A stretch of 34,634 nucleotides of DNA from an uncultured virus (IMG/VR IMGVR_UViG_3300027969_000065) (taxonomy: Duplodnaviria > Heunggongvirae > Uroviricota > Caudoviricetes > Demerecviridae): IMG/VR virus record IMGVR_UViG_3300027969_000065. One strand, written 5' to 3'. How positions within the stretch are numbered: the first letter of the stretch is position 1; every line of letters begins with the position of its first letter. A program made the position numbers and the translations under genes. The notes under the pieces are model-generated. The model was not told the DNA's origin. It saw only the letters and a list, made by a program, of their open reading frames with translations, and did no database searches. Of this stretch, positions 28,852 through 34,634 are shown one piece after another.

Positions 28852-30156
28852 TTAAATGGTATAAGTATACAGTGCGTAGCGCAAAGCATCTGCAATGTGA
28901 GAGTTAATGTCGTGTTCGGGTTTTTCACGTATTAGTTGAGCGTTTTTACTCCACTGATACTGGTCTAACATTTTCAAAGTATGTGCGCAGTGTGGAGCTA
29001 CCAACAAACGTCCTTGATCCACAATTGTTTGAACATAAGCAATTCCTTCTAGTACTTGCTTTTTGGCTTTTATACTGGCGATGTTGTAAGTATAAGCCAA
29101 GTCGCCTGCAAACTGAGCAGCTGCTGAATCGATGAATATTGATTCAATGCCGTAACGCAAGACGAGTTCTCCAATTGCTTGAGCATGGCCTGAAGTTGTG
29201 GCTTCAGACTGTTGATACTCGTCCACGACATGAAATTTGTCCAGTTTAGGGTCGTACGCTACCACCACAAAAGCTGTAGGATCACGGTAACCTGGATCTA
29301 GTCCTGCAATGTATTCCACACCATCACTGTGCAAAAATTCCTGTATACAAGTCTGGGCGTCAAAGCTCGCAAAAATCTGACCTTCGAATGTATTGAAGCT
29401 GGCCAAATACTCTTGGTCGAATTCTGCTTTTGACATTGAGCGACGAGCTTCGGCAACGTCTTTTTCAGTCATGCGTTCGTTTTCGGTATAGTCTGCTTGC
29501 AAGCTAATCCACTCAGGATACTCCTCTGAAAACCCACGACTATAAAATGTAGAGAACCAATTGTGCTTGCCACGTGGTGTTGAAATGAAAATGGCTTTTG
29601 CATTGCTGCGGTCTAGTGTAGGACGCAGCGAAACATTAAAAGCTGCTTCACCGTCGGATCCCAGAGCTGCTTCATCGAATATGATTAAGTTGTAGGATCG
29701 GCCCACTGTGGAATCAACTGTGGACAACGATCCCATTCTGATTGTAGAGCCATTGGCAAGTTCTATTACTTTATCCTTTAGATTGTCTTTCTCCACTTCT
29801 AGGTCGAAGTGTTTGATTAGTTTGCGTTGCAGCTCAAAACTAATAGACGATAAATTATAGTTCGGCGACATAATCAGCACATTGGATCCGGGTATTAACA
29901 CTACCAGCTGACCAATGATGTTGGCAATGAATGTTTTGCCTAGACGTCGTGATAGTGCAGCGCAAATGAACCTGTACCTGGGATCATTGACTGCGTTGAT
30001 TAAAGCAATCTGAGGACGGTTCAGTTCGTCGTAAACATTTTTGTTTTCAAATGTGAGTAGTTTCAAGTAGTTTGCAATAGGCAGCTTGATAAACCGTTCG
30101 GCTGCATCGTACTCGGTTAAATTGATTTTATCCACATCTCTAGACACCAGCAACAT
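28852..30156 (-). CDS. terL: Terminase large subunit
   Basis: Walker A variant SRRLGKT, Walker B IIFDEAA, FISTPRG, RNase H-like GLDPGYRD, HIADALRYAL. Confidence 0.95.
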   Translation of the reverse strand: MLLVSRDVDKINLTEYDAAERFIKLPIANYLKLLTFENKNVYDELNRPQIALINAVNDPRYRFICAALSRRLGKTFIANIIGQLVVLIPGSNVLIMSPNYNLSSISFELQRKLIKHFDLEVEKDNLKDKVIELANGSTIRMGSLSTVDSTVGRSYNLIIFDEAALGSDGEAAFNVSLRPTLDRSNAKAIFISTPRGKHNWFSTFYSRGFSEEYPEWISLQADYTENERMTEKDVAEARRSMSKAEFDQEYLASFNTFEGQIFASFDAQTCIQEFLHSDGVEYIAGLDPGYRDPTAFVVVAYDPKLDKFHVVDEYQQSEATTSGHAQAIGELVLRYGIESIFIDSAAAQFAGDLAYTYNIASIKAKKQVLEGIAYVQTIVDQGRLLVAPHCAHTLKMLDQYQWSKNAQLIREKPEHDINSHIADALRYALYTYTI

Positions 30157-31381
30157 TTAAACCTCGTACTAGTGTTTGCATGTTTGACTTCCAGGATTCT
30201 AGCCGCCGCAGCTCTAAACGTGTGCGTACTTCTTCGAACACTTGAGCCCACGAACCAGGATTGCGAATTACTTTAACTGAGTCGTACCAGATATTTTTTT
30301 CGCCCATGGAATTGTTTCCCCATCTAAAATCAGTTTCTTTTAAAGGCTGCAACATCCAAGTTTCTTTACCCAGCGATCCGGCTAAATGCACCAGAGAAGT
30401 ATCCACGCTAATGATCAAGTCCAGTCCGTTTACTATTTCAGCAGACTCAGACCACGAACCAGAATTCAGCGCAGTGACTCCGCGCACTGAGGGAGCTCCA
30501 GGACGTATGCTGTATAAATCTCCGAATTCCAGTAAGTCTGAAAAATATACAGGCAATGTACTTCTGTAACGATTGTTCGCGTGAGTAGGCGAACCTGCCC
30601 ACTCAATGCCAATTTTCAGCTTGGTACCAGCAAATTTACGAGCACCAAACTTTCCACGCAGCCAATCATCTGGTGCCGAGTCAAATACGCTGGCTAAACT
30701 ACAAATGGGGATGCTGCAGGTAGCACCGCTGTCCTGCACGTCTTGACAAACTCTGAACTCTGAAAATACCGTTTCTAATTCCACTGGGCACTGAACCCAA
30801 ACTTCGTCGAAGTATTTTTCCAGCTGGTTTATGTATCTGCCAAACATAAACTTGTCGCCTAAACCCTGTTCTGCTAACACTACAATGGATTTGCCCGAGG
30901 TCACGCCGTCCCAGCGCGGAATGCTTTGATCTATGCGTGTGGCGTTGCTGCGTTTGAAGCGGTACTCGTACATTTTCCAAGCGGAGGCGACGTCGACGGT
31001 TTCTAAAGAACAGTGCTTGCGCAGCAAGGCATTTGAGTAATTCCAAATGGAATCAAAGTGCAGTGGATTTTTTTCCAGTGCTGCGGTGTAGTACGCAATG
31101 GCAGCGTCGTCGTTGCCGGACATGTACTGCAGCAAACCTAAATTGCCTAGTGCATTGTCGTATTCACCGAAAGTGTTGTCTGTGAAAGGAGTGTCCGAGG
31201 CGTTGGCTTTGATGTAACACTTTAAGGCTTCTGAGTCTTGACCCAGCAATCTGTAGCAGTTGCCCATGTTTAAGTAACATTCTTTGAAACCATATTCTCG
31301 AAGTTGACGTTTGTAGAACTGCAGTGCTTTTTCAGGATTTTGGTTTTCTAAGTACTTGGTTGCACGGTTATAGTTTTGCAT
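30140..31381 (-). CDS. TPR-repeat protein with GT-B glycosyltransferase (GT9-like) domain
   Basis: N-terminal TPRs (CYLNMGNCYRLLG..EALKCY; ALGNLGLLQY..AIAYYTAAL); AWKMYEYRF, EQGLGD, KIGIEWAGSPTH, LDLIISVDTSLVHLAGSLGKETW, DFRWG...WYDSV. Confidence 0.85.
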   Translation of the reverse strand: MQNYNRATKYLENQNPEKALQFYKRQLREYGFKECYLNMGNCYRLLGQDSEALKCYIKANASDTPFTDNTFGEYDNALGNLGLLQYMSGNDDAAIAYYTAALEKNPLHFDSIWNYSNALLRKHCSLETVDVASAWKMYEYRFKRSNATRIDQSIPRWDGVTSGKSIVVLAEQGLGDKFMFGRYINQLEKYFDEVWVQCPVELETVFSEFRVCQDVQDSGATCSIPICSLASVFDSAPDDWLRGKFGARKFAGTKLKIGIEWAGSPTHANNRYRSTLPVYFSDLLEFGDLYSIRPGAPSVRGVTALNSGSWSESAEIVNGLDLIISVDTSLVHLAGSLGKETWMLQPLKETDFRWGNNSMGEKNIWYDSVKVIRNPGSWAQVFEEVRTRLELRRLESWKSNMQTLVRGLNVAGV

Positions 31382-31392
31382 TTTAGTTTTGG

Positions 31393-31869
31393 TTAGATTT
31401 TATTCGAAATTAAGCGCTCAATGAGATTTCCATAATTGGAACCGCCTCCCTCGTTAATTTGCACATTAACCTGTGACTTGATAGAGTTTGAACGCAGCTT
31501 TTCAAGCTGCAGTTCTTTATCTAAGGTTTCCATTGTCATTTTGTGAGAAAGTGCTAAAATCTCGATGATATCTTTGTTTGATCCCACACCGGCTTCGTCC
31601 ATTTCCTGGAACTTTTTCGAGATAATGGCATCCATGGCTTTGCGGAGTGTAAAGCGATTGTTGAAGCCCATGTCGAAAAACACTTGGTCTACATAAGCTT
31701 TGACCTCGCGGCGGCCCAAAATTTGTGAAACTGTTTCCAACGGAACGTCCAGTTGATCTGCGACTTTTTGGGCATTTTGAATTGTGAGATACGCATTCGC
31801 TACTTCTAGTGCTTCAGGTGAGATCTGCAGCACTTCAGCTGGATGATGGGTGGCGAGTTGTCGGGTCAT
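31393..31869 (-). CDS. terS: Terminase small subunit, T5-like
   Basis: ISPEALEVANAYL...REVKAYVDQVFFDMGFNNR...QVNVQIN...NYGNLIERL; first gene of the late operon. Confidence 0.85.
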   Translation of the reverse strand: MTRQLATHHPAEVLQISPEALEVANAYLTIQNAQKVADQLDVPLETVSQILGRREVKAYVDQVFFDMGFNNRFTLRKAMDAIISKKFQEMDEAGVGSNKDIIEILALSHKMTMETLDKELQLEKLRSNSIKSQVNVQINEGGGSNYGNLIERLISNKI

Positions 31870-31903
31870 AGGTAAACCTTATTATTTTTCTTGTTATGCG
31901 TTT

Positions 31904-31932
31904 ATTATAGCAGTTTAGCACACGGACTACAA
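31904..31932 (-). promoter_or_regulatory. Promoter for the terminase operon
   Basis: TTGTAG-N17-TATAAT, TG extension, AAAAAATTT UP-like tract. Confidence 0.8.
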
Positions 31933-32011
31933 GTGTAAATTTTTTAAGCTTTTACGACGAGTTTTACCGACTAAACTGGTCGAATGATTACGGTTTAGAT
32001 ACAGTTTAGGG

Positions 32012-32461
32012 TCAGGTGGCTTTAAATAAGAAACTACCTCTTAATTCCTGCGCTTTTATAGTATAAGCATTACCTGCTTCCTCTGCTGTATCAAATCTGC
32101 CGAGATAAAATTCTTTTCTATTATACTTTATTTTAGCTTCAAATTTTCCACGATGTTCCCTTACTCCAACCGGTAAAGTACTCCTCTTTGTAAAGTTTCT
32201 ATTATTAGAATTAAGTAATCGTGTAGCTTCCCGCAAATTTTCTATTCTATTATTTAATTTATCTCCATCTATATGATCTATAACTAAATTATCAGTTATC
32301 GGGCCATTAAACATTTCCCAAATTATGCGATGCACTCTATATTCCTTACCCTCTATAACTACTCTGTTGTACCCATCTTTATTAATACTTGAATATATAA
32401 AATTCGTATTTTTTCTGTATAGTAATCCATCATCATATTTAAATAGACTATGCAAGTTCAT
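32012..32461 (-). CDS. Free-standing HNH homing endonuclease with C-terminal AP2 domain
   Basis: VHRIIWEMFNG...IDHIDGDKLNNRIENLR; GVREHRGKFEAKI...YLGRFDTAEEA; markedly AT-rich. Confidence 0.9.
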   Translation of the reverse strand: MNLHSLFKYDDGLLYRKNTNFIYSSINKDGYNRVVIEGKEYRVHRIIWEMFNGPITDNLVIDHIDGDKLNNRIENLREATRLLNSNNRNFTKRSTLPVGVREHRGKFEAKIKYNRKEFYLGRFDTAEEAGNAYTIKAQELRGSFLFKAT

Positions 32462-32486
32462 TGTAATCTCCTAAGTTATATTACAT

Positions 32487-32514
32487 ATTATATACTATTG
32501 AAAAATTTTATCAA
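32487..32514 (-). promoter_or_regulatory. Promoter of the HNH-AP2 gene
   Basis: TTGATA-N16-TATAAT upstream of AGGAG and the ATG. Confidence 0.65.
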
Positions 32515-32659
32515 GTATATTTTTAAGATGCCAGTAGGGGCTTAGGCACCGAAAGTAAGGTCAAATTTTCCAAAAATATACCGTGTGGGTGGGCCCCTAT
32601 TATATAGGGTAAACCCTGGTCTGATAACCCCCCATATACAGGGGTCAACATACTAGTCA

Positions 32660-32693
32660 ATTAATCAATAAGGGTTTCCCCTTATTGATTAAT
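32660..32693. terminator. Perfect 15-bp hairpin closing the leftward early genes
   Basis: ATTAATCAATAAGGG-TTTC-CCCTTATTGATTAAT (GAAA loop on the minus strand), overlapping the stop at 32689. Confidence 0.6.
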
Positions 32694-32961
32694 ATTCGCA
32701 TTCGTTGATATAATCGAATGCTTCGTCGACCATACTCTCGACAATATCGTCGAAATCTTCAGTACCAGTCAAGCGCATGAACAGCTGTTCTGCAAAACCC
32801 TGGGGCAAATCAAGGCTAGCCTTGATGGACAACAACGATTCGAAGCGGTTGATTGTGTCCAGCGCTTCCGCACTGGAGAATTCGTGGCCCTCGTCGAAAT
32901 CTTGAACCAGAATGTCGCTGCAAGCCTCAGCCCAATCTTGGATCATGTCGATGGTGTTCAT
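32689..32961 (-). CDS. Small highly acidic hypothetical protein
   Basis: 90 aa, about 23 D/E versus 3 K/R; has its own consensus promoter. Confidence 0.75.
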   Translation of the reverse strand: MNTIDMIQDWAEACSDILVQDFDEGHEFSSAEALDTINRFESLLSIKASLDLPQGFAEQLFMRLTGTEDFDDIVESMVDEAFDYINECEY

Positions 32962-32995
32962 TTTTTGCTTTCTGTGGTTGGTTGGTATGGTGTTT

Positions 32996-33030
32996 ATTAT
33001 AGGGGCTTGAGCATTTTTGTCAAGCCCCTA
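32996..33030 (-). promoter_or_regulatory. Palindromic promoter, cassette 1
   Basis: TTGACA-N16-TATAAT overlapping the inverted repeat TAGGGGCTTGA-N9-TCAAGCCCCTA. Confidence 0.9.
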
Positions 33031-33042
33031 CAGACTGTGGGG

Positions 33043-33261
33043 TTATTCGCGTGATGTGGCCCACTCCCACGCGCGCGTGAAGGTGAACAAGGCATCAGCC
33101 AGCGCATCACTGGCACGACTAAAAGCCTGCAAGGCGGCCGCATCCCGAACCAGCCCCTGGCTGTCATAGGCTGCAGCCTCAGCTGCAGCAAAGGCTGCGC
33201 GGCACTCGCGCACCTTCATCCCGGCGTTGCGCAGGACATTGATTCTGTAGGCTGCTGACAT
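33043..33261 (-). CDS. Small Ala-rich helical hypothetical protein
   Basis: 72 aa; AAAGG before the ATG; own promoter; stop codon lies within the repeated junction. Confidence 0.65.
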   Translation of the reverse strand: MSAAYRINVLRNAGMKVRECRAAFAAAEAAAYDSQGLVRDAAALQAFSRASDALADALFTFTRAWEWATSRE

Positions 33262-33313
33262 GGTAGACCTTTCGAGTCCGTTGGGGTTTGCGTTTTGCTG
33301 CCCCGATGAATGT

Positions 33314-33350
33314 ATTATATGCGATTTTGCAGGGGCTGTGCAAGCCCCTA
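33314..33350 (-). promoter_or_regulatory. Palindromic promoter, cassette 2
   Basis: TTGCAC-N18-TATAAT with AGGGGCT-GTGCA-AGCCCCT inverted repeat. Confidence 0.75.
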
Positions 33351-33362
33351 CAGGCTGTGGTG

Positions 33363-33683
33363 TTATACTGTTGTGTCGTCCCGCTCAAGCCAGACGCTGA
33401 CCCACGAGAATGACGCACCCTCTGGCAGGGTTGTTGTGCCTTCGGGCAGCCGTGGGCCTTTATACTGGGCAACATACAACCAATCGCTTTGCGTCAGCGT
33501 GACGCTCACTCGATTCATGGGCACGCCGATCAGGGCGGCCGTATCGGCATGTCCAACAGCCGACACGAATCGGCCGCTGTCGAGCACGCGTGCCGGACGA
33601 TCCACGGCCACCATGCGAAGGCGTGGCAGGTCAGCCGGGCTGACCATGTTGAGACTGAAGGCATTGGCGATGAATGTTGTCAT
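33363..33683 (-). CDS. DUF1874 / STIV B116-like protein, AcrIII-1-family ring nuclease candidate
   Basis: NAFSLNM, FVSAVGHADTA, NRVSVTL, VAQY.GPRLPEG motifs in the family's order and length; AGGA SD; own promoter. Confidence 0.82.
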   Translation of the reverse strand: MTTFIANAFSLNMVSPADLPRLRMVAVDRPARVLDSGRFVSAVGHADTAALIGVPMNRVSVTLTQSDWLYVAQYKGPRLPEGTTTLPEGASFSWVSVWLERDDTTV

Positions 33684-33716
33684 GATGTTTCCTGTCTGTT
33701 GGTTGGTATGGGGTTT

Positions 33717-33752
33717 ATTATAGGGGCTTGACGCCTGGTGTCAAGCCCCTAT
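33717..33752 (-). promoter_or_regulatory. Palindromic promoter, cassette 3
   Basis: TTGACA-N16-TATAAT overlapping ATAGGGGCTTGAC-N7-GTCAAGCCCCTAT. Confidence 0.9.
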
Positions 33753-33822
33753 TGTTTGTGAGGGCAATAGGCCAGGCCTATCGACGCCAGGCCGCCCATA
33801 GGCTTAGCCTATGGGGGCGCCA

Positions 33823-33852
33823 ATTTTACCATGCCCGCGTATGCGCTGTCAA
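33823..33852 (-). promoter_or_regulatory. Additional leftward promoter without an adjacent ORF
   Basis: TTGACA-N18-TAAAAT with TG extension. Confidence 0.6.
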
Positions 33853-33936
33853 TAGGTATATACCCTTGGACGCTCACCTGGCCCGATAATGGTATAAACG
33901 ATTTATACGGTACCTGGTCAAAGACCCTACAGCAAT

Positions 33937-33973
33937 TAGGGGCTTGACAAGCTGCGGTTTTCGATGGCATAAT
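33937..33973 (+). promoter_or_regulatory. Divergent rightward promoter with the same TAGGGGCTTGAC half-site
   Basis: TAGGGGC-TTGACA-N18-CATAAT with TG extension, about 30 nt before the ATG at 34003. Confidence 0.8.
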
Positions 33974-34002
33974 GCATTCATTGATTCAAAACAAGGGTTT
34001 AT

Positions 34003-34230
34003 ATGAGCAAGCTCAAAGACATTATCTCTGACTATGATGAAACTTCGACGGCGAGTATCATCGCGTATGCCCGAGATTATTTCAAGGATACTTTCGGCTT
34101 CAGGCCTGAAGGTATTCAAAGCGAATCGGATACTGATATTCGCGCACATTATATTCATATGATTATGACGTGCGATGATTATCTTATTAGAACCCGCGAC
34201 ACTCGCTATACTGATGGATGGGACGAATAA
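34003..34230 (+). CDS. Hypothetical early protein
   Basis: 75 aa, contains DYFKDTFGFRP; AAGGG SD; downstream of the promoter. Confidence 0.7.
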   Translation: MSKLKDIISDYDETSTASIIAYARDYFKDTFGFRPEGIQSESDTDIRAHYIHMIMTCDDYLIRTRDTRYTDGWDE

Positions 34231-34373
34231 TGGCACGCATGAATATGGCGAAAGCCATTTATCTCTATAATATTACTAAAGGGTTCGCATTATTGGAATC
34301 CGGTGATAAAGCCGCAGCGTCGGCATACTTTGTTCGCGCACAATATGCGCTTGATATAATGGAGGGATTCTAA
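34230..34373 (+). CDS. Hypothetical 47-aa protein
   Basis: TAATG coupling; MARMNMAKAIYLYN...DIMEGF; below the ORF track cutoff. Confidence 0.55.
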   Translation: MARMNMAKAIYLYNITKGFALLESGDKAAASAYFVRAQYALDIMEGF

Positions 34374-34374
34374 A

Positions 34375-34455
34375 ATGATTTGGGCGGTGTTGGGTTTCTT
34401 TTCGGTTCTTTTGATTGCCCTAGCGGGCATGTTTACTATTATGGGGGAATGGTAA
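34375..34455 (+). CDS. 26-aa single-transmembrane peptide
   Basis: GGAGG SD; MIWAVLGFFSVLLIALAGMFTIMGEW; one base from each neighbour. Confidence 0.55.
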   Translation: MIWAVLGFFSVLLIALAGMFTIMGEW

Positions 34456-34456
34456 T

Positions 34457-34634
34457 ATGTTGCACGATATCTGCGTGAATCCGGTTGACGGGCGCATATT
34501 GCCCGATGATATTCGAGAATTGCAGGATCAGTTTAACGTGAATTTGAATGATGCCGATGAATGGTTTGATTACTATTCGTCGGGATCGGGGCATGTTACT
34601 ATTATCGATGAAATTGAATTCTGGGAGCGATATA
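34457..34634 (+). CDS. Acidic hypothetical protein (truncated by window)
   Basis: GGGGGA SD-like sequence; MLHDICVNPVDGR... open to the window end. Confidence 0.55.
   Translation, partial: MLHDICVNPVDGRILPDDIRELQDQFNVNLNDADEWFDYYSSGSGHVTIIDEIEFWERY

Noticed and set aside
117..30569. Numerous plus-strand ORFs (e.g. 10221..10763, 12387..12902, 16968..17681)
   Set aside because: Antisense shadows of long minus-strand genes caused by codon bias; no SD, promoter or recognisable motifs.
30140..31381. TPR-GT gene as an intron or intein within terminase
   Set aside because: TerS and TerL are each intact separate ORFs, and no splicing motifs are evident.
32977..33752. Palindromic repeats as CRISPR repeats or integron attC sites
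   Set aside because: Spacing is gene-sized, the repeats coincide with -35/-10 boxes, and no cas or integrase gene is present. GTTA at the junction is only superficially attC-like.
32997..34236. Alternative ORFs 32997..33191, 33179..33475, 33310..33723, 33489..33731, 33874..34236
   Set aside because: They overlap better-supported genes and run through promoters; expected by chance in GC-richer DNA.
1..34634. tRNA, rRNA, lysis, integrase or transposase genes
   Set aside because: None recognised; intergenic gaps are short and mostly accounted for by promoters, terminators and hairpins.

Overview
This window is the late (virion morphogenesis) region of a tailed dsDNA phage with T5-like (Demerecviridae-type) gene order, read on the minus strand. 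From right to left: TerS, an inserted TPR-glycosyltransferase, TerL, HNH nicking endonuclease, portal, an in-frame protease-major capsid fusion, head completion, tail completion, tail terminator, tail tube, two tail chaperones joined by a -1 frameshift, a ~3,400-aa repeat-rich tape measure protein, a non-T5 tail tip module and a chain of fibre genes. Past a free-standing HNH-AP2 endonuclease (from ~32.5 kb), the sequence becomes a GC-richer, palindrome-dense block of small genes that looks like a pre-early/terminal-repeat region. There each leftward gene sits in its own repeated promoter cassette built on a TAGGGGCTTG motif. One cassette carries a DUF1874/AcrIII-1-like ring nuclease (anti-type III CRISPR) and another a very acidic DNA-mimic-like protein. 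All family calls come from motif recognition and synteny; no database search was run.
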